NCBI GenBank assembly: GCA_030704615.1 | Contig: CM060733.1 | Location: forward strand, 50,778,001-50,842,000 | DNA: 64,000 nt | From: Takakia lepidozioides | Lineage: Eukaryota > Plantae > Bryophyta | Direction of reading: 5' to 3' | Part shown: positions 1 through 10,254 of the stretch, piece by piece | Numbering within the stretch: position 1 is the first letter of the stretch | How the letters are laid out: every line of letters starts with the position of its first letter | The notes under the pieces: generated by a model | Told to the model about the DNA's origin: nothing | What the model saw: the letters and a program-made list of their open reading frames with translations, nothing else | The model's database searches: none | Position numbers and translations under genes: made by a program

Positions 1-1433
1 AAGAACGGCGATTTGCACTATTCAAGGAGCATTTCGTCGAGGAGCGCAAGTAATTGGCTTCAAGTTGGCTGTTTTGTTGAACCTTCTCTGTACATGCTAA
101 GCTTGAGATCATGGTGTATACTCTCCAAAGCCTTTCTGTTCCTATCTCTTGTAATGCTGGTGTCTTCCATGATGTTGCCAGCCAGGATAGAGGGGAAGGT
201 TACGTAGCCTAACGATTTTGATCTCTGAGGGTATCCCCGTCTAATGACCAAGTAATCTGAAATGGTATGGAATGGTGCATCCCCGTGTAAACTTTTTTTT
301 GTAAAGACGTGAACAACGATTGACACATGGGTCTGCAGGAAGTTGATGAGTTCGAAGGGTAGCAACGCAGAGAGTGACAGGTGCGCCATTGATCATATTC
401 TCGATGCACAGAAAAGGGGGGAGATCGATGAGAATACTGTGCTCCTCATTGTTGAGAACATCAACGTTGCAGGTTGAGCTCTAACTCCTGATGTCGGGCC
501 GTCACCTTTTCAACCTAGCTGTGGCTTGTTGAATAGACAGAGCTTGTTTAGGTCATTCAAGGCTGCCCTTTTGGAGGAGAGGGAGGTAGCAACTGTTGTA
601 GGTCCAGTACTAACAGATATGTACTACATGAGCAGAAAGATGAGAGCAAAGCTAGTGTTTCAATGGAGGATGGTTGGAGGTAGCATATTCTAAAAAAATT
701 CCACTGCATGTTTCTCCATCACCTGCTAGTGTGTAGCAGCGTGTTGCTGAGTATGGTGATCAGTTACTCCCGCTCCAGGCCCTTCTTGTGCAGTTCTCTC
801 TCATTCTGCCTAACCCATGCCTTGTGGACTGATGCAGCAATCGAGTCAACAGTCTGGACGATTGAGTGGGGAGTGGCTGAGCTTGCCAACAATCCTAAAA
901 TGCAGAACCAAATTCGCCACGAGCTTGATACTACACTGGGAAAGGGGGTCCTGATTGAGGAACCTGATACAAATGACAACAAGCTGCCATATCTCTCTGC
1001 TTTTGTGAAGGAGGTTATGCGGTTGCACATGGCAATCCCGTTTCTTGTGCCTCGCATGAATCTGCATGCTGCGAAACTGGCAGGTTATGATATCCCCGCT
1101 GAGACTAAAGTCCTGGTGAATGCCTGGTGGATTGGAAACAATCCGAACTACTGGGATAAACCTGAGCAATTCATGCCAGAGCGCTTTCTGAATGAAAAGA
1201 TTGAAGCTAGTGGGAATGACTTTCGATACCTGCCCTTTGGAGTAGGCCGGCGAGCGTGCCCTGGACTGATTATTGCCATGCCACTGTTGTCCCTTGTGCT
1301 CGGTCGGCTGCTTCAAACGTTCGAGATTCTACCTCCACCCGGTGTTGATAAGCTGGACATGACTGAGAAGGGGGGACAGTTCACTCTTCACATTGCCAAT
1401 CACTCCACGGTGGTAGTCAGACCTAGGGCCTGA
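1..1433 (+). CDS. C4H: Cinnamate 4-hydroxylase-like cytochrome P450 (CYP73A), 5'-truncated by window edge; exons about <1-49, 339-472, 838-1433
   Basis: Spliced translation reads [79 protein letters not shown]. It has CYP73-typical motifs and the heme Cys. GT-AG junctions are in frame. Confidence 0.93.
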
Positions 1434-3149
1434 CAGATCAGTGGATATTGACACAACAACAAAAGGAGGGTGGGTTACTGGACAAGCCTAATCAACATTT
1501 CCTTCACAGTTTTTATGGAGGACATAGAATGTGGACTGTCTCATGTTGTTGCTCAATTTTTTACTTTTTTCTCTCTTTTTGGGCTCAATTGTTTTTTAAA
1601 AAAATTAAACAGGGGACAGAGGAATTGTATGTCAAATCATCTGTTTTTAGAGGCTCATTTCACATTGGTTGCCTGCATAATTGGACATGCTAAGGTCCAT
1701 AATATACGCTCCCACCTTGCTTGTTGTAATCCTTTGCCGACAACCAGCATGTAGCCCGGTGGTAATGTGCACATACAGCGTTGGATGTGGTTGTGGGTTC
1801 ATACCACGGTCTGGTGTGTCATGAAGGTGTCCACCTTTCAGCTGGAAGGCAGTAGCCCTTGTGGTGAAGTGACACCATAAGTTACGCTCCCTTTGGGAGG
1901 TGTCATACTTTAATCCTTTGCCATTAAGCTTTGGTCCAGCTTCCATATACAAGTGTTCATCAAGATCATCATCTCTAAGTTGTCATGCCACAAATACTCA
2001 ACACTTCCAGAATATTCAGGGGTGTGTGCCGCATCCCTTTTTTTTTTTTGGGTATATATCATAGAGTTATGCAACACAACCACACTTTTTGTTTTTAAGA
2101 AAAATAAATAGGCGATCGGGTATTTAGGCGGCCTCATGGCAGGCTTCGGGCTTGTAAGGGTTTAATTTTTTCCCTTCAATAATATTCAATAAAGCTCTCA
2201 AGAGCTTCAAAGAAAAGAAAAGGGACAGAAGCCCTTAAGATTTTATTATAATACATATTGAATGTATAGGTAAAATTTGGTGATACTCTCTGGCCAAACT
2301 GAGTTTTTATGCCATGTGGTGAAACCAGAGATTGTTTCATTGATGATTTTTGACATTTAATGTGTTTATAGGTTTTGGCGATTATTTTTTTGACAAAGGT
2401 TAATTTTGTATTTTACGCGTTTTTTTTTTTTGTAATAGGTACAGAGAGTACACTCTTTATCACAGATAAAATTATAATAGATAGAAAAATAATTACGGCT
2501 AAACATCTAATGTCATGGAGTACTATCAACCTATTGCCATGGATTTTGCTCACGCATAATATCAATCTCCAATGTTGGGCAACTACCCAAATTATTAGCC
2601 TAGTTATAAGCCTTCTTCTAAACAATGGAAGCACATCAAGAATTTTATATTTTGGTAATTTATATATTGGTTCTTCATGACAAAACACATGAAATTATAG
2701 TATGGAATTTTTCAAGTTATAATTGCATTGATTAATTTGTTTCCATGATTTTGACCAAAGTTAGGGAGAGAAAAATACATCCCCTGCAAGCATCTTCTAT
2801 TACATCTTTTTGAAAACAGAGACATCTTCATTCCCCAACAGCAAATTTTTATAGTAGAATAGTAGGGATAGAATTAAGTTTTGTGATTGTGTCTCTAGTA
2901 CATATAGTTAGACTTGGGCAATATGTGATTGGACCTAACCATATGGAAGTCAAATTTCTTGTTTGTTCTTATTTGAGCTTACAATTTTTATTTATCATAA
3001 GTTAATAGTTCAATTGGATTTGAAATTGTATTGTCAAAAAAAATTGGGGTTCAAATCGTACCATTTGTTGAGGGTGGTATTATTTGTTTTGTGGGCTTTT
3101 TTGTTTGGGTTTAGTGTCATATATGCCCAAAGCTCATGTGACTGTTGGA

Positions 3150-3766
3150 ATTGCCAAGGTTTGATAAGGCGGAGGGCACATAAGTGTTTCCAACATGTAC
3201 TTACTGCTCGGAATGTTGAACCCGAGCAGAATAGTGTGGATTGATGATGAAGTTTAGAAGCGCTTTGAGCAACACTAGGGGTGATGTTGATGGATCTCGT
3301 TGCCACGACATCGTTGGTATTGAGTCAACCACTGGCCCAGGAGTTGGTGAATAGTTTTTCACACGCCAACCATTGAAGAAATGAAGAGGGCAGATGGGAT
3401 GCAAAGTGGATATCTTGTCAATTTTTATGTTTTTGCTTGCATGGCAAGTGACACATGGTGTGTCCAATATTGCCATTTGATGCGCTCTTAGGTATGCTGA
3501 GAGATAATTTGGGACATGAACGATTGTTCAAAAATCATTACGAGGTGACAAAGAAGTTGAAGAGTTGTGGTTTGACGTACAACAATATCGAGGCATATAA
3601 GAACGATTGTCTGCTTTATTATGGTGACAACACCGGACTCACATCTTGTACCGTTTGCGATCTAGGCCGATATAGGGATGCAAAGCAGAAAATTGCTTGG
3701 AAGGTGCTCACACGAAAAGATGTGCATTTGAGGAGAAGTAGCCTCTACAAACACTATAAACTCTAA
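3150..3766 (+). pseudogene. Degenerate CACTA Tnp2-type transposase N-terminal fragment
   Basis: GLTYNNIEAYKNDCLLYYGDNTGLTSCTVCDLGRY..KIAWKVL parallels GMGYKIFHACPCDKTLYYGEDAKLTKCPKCNKDRY..KKALRKV of the transposase at 18772-19374. Confidence 0.75.
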
Positions 3767-4284
3767 AAATCTGGAAATGCGATTGATTGTCAAAAACAAT
3801 TGATCCAATTCCAATAAGATATTATAGCCATTGCAATGTTCCTTACAATTTCCACCAAAGTTTTTAAAATCCTTAAGTTTGACTAACGGAGCATGACAAT
3901 ATCCACATTAACTACTCTATAAGGATTTCCAAATTATGTGTCGTCCCCATTGAAACCCCACAAAGAGCACTAATCATAAAATCATACTAGTAATTAATAT
4001 TAATGTACTAAGCTACAAAATACCAAGTATGTGACCAGCAAAGGGAGTGCATATGCCCGGAGGACAAAGTGTGGGTCCAATAAGGACAGCACGCCACTTC
4101 AAGCGCAACTATGTCTCGGCATCAATAGAGTGTTCGGTGGAACCGGTGAAGTGAGACGACAATCTCGTAGTATCTGCCTACCCAAAAAGGTTCAACTTTA
4201 AATATCTGATTTTGGCTGCGATTTTTCTTGCATGTGAGGAAAAACCGCTGGAATCAACAGAAGAGAAAGGTAAGAACAGAAGGG

Positions 4285-4855
4285 TCGTGGCACTTGGCTT
4301 TTAATCTTCTATAAACACCACAGAACCTCCTATTTGTTGGCACAAAACCTCTTACAGGAGGAAGAGCGAAATTGTCTACTTCACGTTCACGTCGGACTTT
4401 GAATTCTCAATCAGATTTGAAAGAAAAACACCCGAACTCGATCGGAGTGCTGAGCTTTCTTTAGATCCAAAAGATGAGTATGGGGAGCTTTTTGAGGCGT
4501 GTCTTGCAAAAATGTATACAGAGCCACTTCCTCGAACTGATTTCATTCTTTAGATGGAAAATGCAAAAGAATTGGGGATTTTGACATTTGACGATCTTAT
4601 ATGATTTTGTGAGCAAGGTTGTAAAGTTGGTTGCAGTGACACTGATCGTTGATATGAAGTTTGGTAAAAATGTGCAGGGCGATCGTAATCGTATGTGGGC
4701 AGACTTCGAGGACAACATTTGGATATCATATCTTGAAAAACATCCTTACATTGCCGCATAAGTAGATTATTATTACTTATACCTAGGGGATCCCTTCCCA
4801 TTTTCCATACAACCACTAATTTCACAAATTGTTGCAAGCTTTGTCTCCCCTTTTG
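4285..4855 (+). pseudogene. Decayed copy of the unknown 178-aa ORF region at 33923-34550
   Basis: Colinear nucleotide similarity to the reverse complement of about 33985-34545, including upstream non-coding sequence, with stops and indels. It ends immediately before the LTR at 4863. Confidence 0.8.
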
Positions 4856-4862
4856 AGAGTCA

Positions 4863-5154
4863 TGTTAGAATGATAGTAACATCCACAAGATAGTAACTTT
4901 AGTAGTTAAAGGTAGTTATATATGTTGTTACATCAGTTGTAAGCTAGGACGATTCACATCAAAAGATTTGAAATGACATATCACTATGTTCTTCACAACA
5001 ATAAAGTGTGAGACTTTTCCCTATAAGAGAGAGTCTATTGTAAGAGAGACAAAAAGTGAGATATATGTATAAATGAACGCAGATTTCTACTTTGTCATCA
5101 TTGTCTCTAGCTTTACTCTCTACATGATGTCATTATTTAACATGGTATCGGAGC
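4863..5154 (+). mobile_element. LTR (about 280 bp, TGTTA...TAACA, 4863-5142) followed by a tRNA-iMet-type primer-binding site
   Basis: Terminal TGTTA/TAACA inverted ends; TGGTATCGGAGC at 5143-5154 (canonical PBS TGGTATCAGAGC); partial second copy at 7314-7457. Confidence 0.75.
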
Positions 5155-5541
5155 ATTTTCTATGGTGGTTGGTCATGCCGTGGGGCTGTCTCCTTCCCAT
5201 GTCTGCTTCCCAACATTGTATTTCAAATTTCGATATGCACAGTTCATCCAATCTTGCATAGCCCGTACAAGTGGGGTGAGGTCAACTAGCCAGATTGGTG
5301 TCGATTCACAACAGTGAAGTCAGCCGAAGCTTGCATATCTTACTTTGGAACCCAAGCTTGTGTAATTGAAACCAAGATCCCGAATGTATTGTATCAAATC
5401 ACTAGAACCCTTCGATGCGATCAGGTCGGAGATAATATTAAAGGGGATCCACTGCATGTTGTGTTTACATCCTTAAGTCAGTCACAGCCGACTCAATTCG
5501 TGACATCATTTTAAATGTTTTTGTGTCTTTTCTAAAGGCTC

Positions 5542-6867
5542 TTGATTCAGTTCCTTATCATGCCTATATCAAGTGGTGAAGAGAATCCTCCACCACCCAG
5601 TTATTTGGATGCAATCTCTGGGGCCAAAAACTACCACGATGCAATTATGCGTCTCATGCCTCAACCTCACACCCATGAACTACAAACCAAGTTGCAGCCA
5701 CAAGTCAAACCAAAATGGACACCCAGGCAAGGTAGTGAGACAGAACCTTCAAATAACAGCAATGACTTTCTCAACGACGACATTGAGTGTCATGAAAAGC
5801 AGCAGCTACCTCGAACCCATGGGAAACCGGGTGATTTGCCTTTGTCCAGCTTCAGATCCAGGGCAGTCTATTGTGAGGTGAAGCTGGCAGAGATGTTGAA
5901 CAAAGGGGGGCCACGGGACAGACCCATCATGCCCGGGAAATACGAGGATGCTCCTGATGCTTACCGCACCAGTGTCTGCTGCTTGCTACTGGGAGAGATA
6001 TGTGAGATGAGTATGCCATATGCGCGGGTTCTGCGCAGCATTCTGGAAGTGTTGGAGCATGCCATCTTCAGCAACTATGTCACCCCGCATGAAGGTGGCT
6101 CCTTTGATCAAATTCCATATTTTGAGTTGGTAAATAAACTGGAGGCAAATAACAAGGACCTTGTGGAAGAGCAAGAGTGCTGGAAAATCATGCTACAAGA
6201 TCGTCAGCTTGTCATTGATCGAATTGAGCAACAGATCGAGGAGTTACAGGAACAGATAGTGAACGCAAAAGCCCGGACTGTGGAACTTCAAAAAGATCTA
6301 ATTGTCACCCTGAAGGCTCAAAGACAAAGCAACAGAGAGGTGAAGGAGCTTCAGGGAAAACTGGAGCAGTCACGGAAGGATGTTCTCCGAGCCAAGGAAG
6401 TTGAGATTAAATACGAATTGGAGGCGGAGAAGTACATGAATCTAGTGGCTAGGCATACCGACCTCACACATGAATTGCAACATACAAATGCCAATTTAGG
6501 AGTTGCGAGGCGTGAGGCTGCTGAGGGAGTTCCCAAGGAAGAACTCTTGAAGGCAAAGAACAAAATCAGCGATCTGGAGGCCAGAGTCCTGAAATTACAA
6601 AAGTTTGAAAGACTAGCAGGGACCATGACCCCACGGCCCCCATGGGAGCAGCTGCATGGAAGCCCTAGGTTCACCAACTCAACAGCTGAGCAGGCAACTG
6701 AGATCTGTACTATGAATGAGAGCTTGCTGCAGACTATCTCATCTTTACATGCAGACGTAGCCACTGCTGAGGTAGCACTGGCAGAGGCCAAGCAGCACAT
6801 ACCGCCACCAACACCTCCAAAGACGAAAAAAAGTGGTAAGAAATCAAGCAAAAAGAAAAAGAAATAG
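5542..6867 (+). CDS. Intronless coiled-coil protein, TSNAXIP1-like; first in-frame ATG near 5560
   Basis: 441-codon ORF with a helical N-domain (YRTSVCCLLLGEICEMSMPYARVLRSILEVLEHAIF), a long coiled coil, an MTPRPPW motif resembling the TPRPxW of TSNAXIP1-type proteins, and a Lys-rich tail. Confidence 0.6.
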   Translation: MIQFLIMPISSGEENPPPPSYLDAISGAKNYHDAIMRLMPQPHTHELQTKLQPQVKPKWTPRQGSETEPSNNSNDFLNDDIECHEKQQLPRTHGKPGDLPLSSFRSRAVYCEVKLAEMLNKGGPRDRPIMPGKYEDAPDAYRTSVCCLLLGEICEMSMPYARVLRSILEVLEHAIFSNYVTPHEGGSFDQIPYFELVNKLEANNKDLVEEQECWKIMLQDRQLVIDRIEQQIEELQEQIVNAKARTVELQKDLIVTLKAQRQSNREVKELQGKLEQSRKDVLRAKEVEIKYELEAEKYMNLVARHTDLTHELQHTNANLGVARREAAEGVPKEELLKAKNKISDLEARVLKLQKFERLAGTMTPRPPWEQLHGSPRFTNSTAEQATEICTMNESLLQTISSLHADVATAEVALAEAKQHIPPPTPPKTKKSGKKSSKKKKK

Positions 6868-7313
6868 GTCAGAGCAAAGGGAGCATACCATCTATCAAAT
6901 TATCGGCCAGACGTTGTGAGGGAAGTTCAACGTGATATACTAGAAGAACTGGTTGAAGGTCAACAGTACTTGTCACTGTTTGACAGGCCATAACATCTCA
7001 ATAAATCAGATGACACTACACATCAGTTTCCAAAAACAATTTGAAGACAAGGGGAGTATCATGTGAGATGACCATAAAGGTGTATACATCCAAGTGCATA
7101 ATTCTTGGAGCTAACCAAAGGCAACTCTCCGGAAAGCAGTCAGAGCTACAAGGAGAAGAAATGGAAGTATCGAGGCAGCTGTGATAGTGATAAATGAAAA
7201 TCAACTCAGAGGAGTGTACCGAAGTTCAAAAGTCCAACTCAACCCATGATTATGATTACACAAATTGTTAAAGTAGCAATGACGTGTTAATATACATTTT
7301 ATCTTTAACAAAA

Positions 7314-7457
7314 TGATAGAAGGATAGTAACATCCACAAGATAATAAGTCTAGTTGTTAATTAACAACTAGATATATATGTTGTTACATCAGTTGCGAGC
7401 TAGGACGATTCACATCAAAAGATTCGAAAGGACATGTTACTAATTGTTCTTCACAAC
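7314..7457 (+). mobile_element. Truncated second copy of the LTR at 4863
   Basis: TGATAGAAGGATAGTAACATCCACAAGATA...GCTAGGACGATTCACATCAAAAGATT...GTTCTTCACAAC matches about 4863-4998 in direct orientation. Confidence 0.75.
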
Positions 7458-7864
7458 TGGACTTTTCAAAAAACGCCTATTTTGTTTACATATATTAGTC
7501 CATATGAGTCAAATGACAAATAATTTTGCCACTTCAAATCCATACCTATGATGTGGACCAAAATGGCCACCTTATTTCCAAATTTCAATGGAATTCACCA
7601 ATGGCACATAGGAGAACTTGAGTCCATTGTAATTTCATTCATTGCGGTAACAGTCCACAATGATTGTGTTCAAAAGTCCATAGCGGAGTCATTTCTTATC
7701 GGATTCATGATTGGAGAGTTGTTATGGGTGTGTATTGAAGCTAGGAATCCAATGACATATATATTTGATGGTTTTATTGAGTTAATTCAATTTCAATTGA
7801 TGACACCATCAATTGCAGTCATCTAAAACTGTGCTGGTAACGTCCATTTTGGTCCAGTCAACCC

Positions 7865-8349
7865 TGCATTCACTGCCATGTCGCCATGGACCTCTTCGCC
7901 CTTTTCCAGAGCTGCCAGGCTTTCACACGCATTGTTAATGCACACAAACGTGATGTGGTCGGGCTTCACCCCTCCTCACATCATTTGCTCATAGGTCTCC
8001 AAAGCCTCCATCCCGCGCCCTTGCTGTGCATATCCTACAATCATCGCACTCCAGGACACCATCATTCAGCCATATTGTCGAACACTCCCTTCATACATGT
8101 CCACGAGGGTATTGTTCAGAATGACATTTGGTACAATTGCAGCTCTGACAATGTCGCCATGGACCTCTTTGCCCTTTTCCAGAGCTGCCAGGCTTGCACA
8201 CACATTGCAAATGCACAGAAACGTGATGTGGTCGGGCTTCACCCCTTCCCCCATCATTTGATCACAGGTCTCCAAAGCCTCCCTACCACGTCCCTGCTGT
8301 GGATATCCTGCAAGCATCGTGTTCCATGCTCGTTCAGCCATAGTGTTGA
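7865..8349 (-). pseudogene. PLS-class PPR pseudogene segment (downstream of the TIR-element insertion)
   Basis: WNTMLAGYPQQGRGREALETCDQMMGEGVKPDHITFLCICNVCASLAALEKGKEVHGDIVRAAIVPNVILNNTLVDMY shows P-L-S motifs, with deletions and frameshifts. Confidence 0.88.
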
Positions 8350-8498
8350 CCTGGGAGGTGCACTCCAGCCAATATATACCAGCCACGTGTGTGCACAGGA
8401 TGGGGTATTTTAAACCCCCCCATGTACAACATTATACATAAATAGGGGGATTTAAAACACGTTAAATATAATGTTACAGGAGGAGGTTGTTGAATTGT

Positions 8499-8574
8499 AA
8501 GGGGTAGTCTAGTGGTAAGGACATCGTTTAGTCCGCGATGCACGGCGGGATTAAATCGCGGTATCCTTTTTTTT
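8499..8574 (+). other. tRNA-like sequence (tRNA pseudogene or SINE head) followed by a T8 run
   Basis: A-box-like TAGTCTAGTGG, D-arm GTCT/GGAC, stem ATCGT/GCGAT around a 7-nt loop, degenerate B-box GGGATTAAATC, AAGG/CCTT ends, then TTTTTTTT. Confidence 0.4.
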
Positions 8575-8654
8575 GCTCTCTCTTTTCCCTCCTCTCCTCT
8601 CCCCTCCTCTCCTACGTTCGTGGGTGGGTGGTCGACCGCAGGGCATGGTATTCT

Positions 8655-9165
8655 TCCTGAAGTTGCCCTGGTGGACAGGTCTGCCAAATGCAGGTGCGTA
8701 GAGGATGCAAAGGGAGTGTGGGGCAGACCTGGAAGGGGGGAGCTGAGGTCCATGGTGACATTATCAAAAGCTGGAATTGTACATTATGTCATCTGAACAG
8801 TGCCCTGATGGACAGGTCTGCCAAATGCGGGTGTGTAGAGGATGCAAAGGGAGTGTGGGGCAGACCTGGAAATGGGGGAAGAGGTCCACGGTGACATTGT
8901 CAAAAGCTGGAATTGTACCTTATGTCATTCTGAATAGTGCCCCGGTGGACAGGTCTACCAAATGCGGGTGCGTAGAGGATGCAAAGGGAGTGTTGGGCAG
9001 ACCTAGAAAAGGGGGAAGAGGTCCACGGTGACATTGTCAAAAGCTGGAATTGTACCTTATGTCATCCTGAATAGTGCCCTGGTGGAGAGGTCTGCCAAAT
9101 GCGGGTGCGTAGAGGATGCAAAGGGAGTCTGTCAAAAGCTGGAATTGTTGTACTTTGTGTCATTC
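8655..9165 (+). repeat. 137-bp tandem repeat (about 3.6 copies) derived from PLS-PPR coding sequence
   Basis: The GCCC(T/C)G(G/A)TGGA(C/G)AGG anchor recurs at 8665, 8802, 8939 and 9076. The unit translates approximately as EVHGDIVKAGIVPYVILNSALVDRSAKCGCVEDAKGV. Confidence 0.92.
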
Positions 9166-9993
9166 TGAGAGTCCAAATTATCTAGGGAAGGAAAATCACT
9201 AAGGGATACATTTCACCCTGTTCTTCTCTCTTATCAGAATTGGCCCTAAAATTCCATGTTGAACTCTGCAATTCCCAATGCCCTTTATTACTTAGGCTTT
9301 CACTTCCCGAAGCAACTTACATCTGTACCAGCCTTGAGTTTTATTGACAGAGCAACACATACTCTTAGTGCTCTTTATCATTAAAGTATACAGAATATAC
9401 TGGCATGGTTCTGTTCACCAACCATAGATAAGAGTATACATTGTACCATTTGGTGGTTAATCCAAAGATAACATTATACATCTGAAAACCCCGGACTCTT
9501 GGAGATAAGATGTCTTGAACAATACATTCTGATTCAGAACTGAAACCATGGTACTATTTAGGTAGGTAGTTTAAAAACTACTCTATAAGCTGGCTCAACT
9601 TATTAGTATTATGGAAGATATGTGGTGTTGGAGAAAAACACAATTACAATGAGCGGAAAGTCTTTGACAATCTTATCAAGGGCAAATAGATATCTTTTTA
9701 ATTAATTTATTGGATTTTATTCTGTTTCTTAACAAATAAACTTGATATAATATAAAACATACATATACATACTTGAGGGTATTTTTTAATGATTGAAAAG
9801 GAGAATATACATATAGAAAGGGTTTTTTTTTAAATTATAAATTTTTGTATATGTACAGGAGAGGGTTTTATAATCCTCAAAAAGTATGTACAAAGGGGAT
9901 AAAAATTATCCGAGGACCCGTATACAGGGGGTTTTTTTATTAGTCGGCGAACACACGTGATACGCACATTTTATAAAAAGTGCACCCTCCAGG

Positions 9994-10210
9994 AGTGTTG
10001 AAAACTCCCTTCACATCCTTAATGCACCCACGTTTGGCATACATGTCCACCAGGGTAGTGTTCACAATGACATCTGGTACAATTCCAGCTTTGACGATGT
10101 CATCATGGACCTCTTTCCCCTTTTCCAGGGCTCCCAGGCTTGCACACGCATTGCAAACACAAATGAGCGTGATGTGGTTGGGCTTCACCCCTTCGCGCAT
10201 CATTTGTTCA
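9994..10210 (-). pseudogene. PLS-class PPR pseudogene segment (upstream of the TIR-element insertion)
   Basis: MMREGVKPNHITLICVCNACASLGALEKGKEVHDDIVKAGIVPDVIVNTTLVDMYAKRGCIKDVKGVFNT joins 8349 across the TSD. Confidence 0.9.
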
Positions 10211-10254
10211 CCACATCAAGGTGCCCTCACCACATTGTCCTTGACAATTCAGTA

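Larger units (their letters stand above)
8350..9993. mobile_element. Non-autonomous TIR DNA transposon (MULE- or hAT-like), 1644 bp, 8-bp TSD AGTGTTGA
   Basis: Ends are CCTGGGAGGTGCAC and GTGCACCCTCCAGG, with CACGTGTGT at the same offset in both arms. AGTGTTGA lies at 8342-8349 and 9994-10001. The paralogous empty site GTTCAGCCATAGTGTTGAAAACTCCC is at about 13942-13967. Confidence 0.88.

Noticed and set aside
1725-2166. Possible small TIR element downstream of C4H
   Set aside because: End similarity (ATCCTTTGCC versus GTAAGGGTTTA) is too weak and no TSD is identifiable.
6351-6851. 166-aa antisense ORF, and similar antisense ORFs over PLAC8, the PPR relics and the GPT-like gene
   Set aside because: Shadow ORFs on the opposite strand of real coding sequence.
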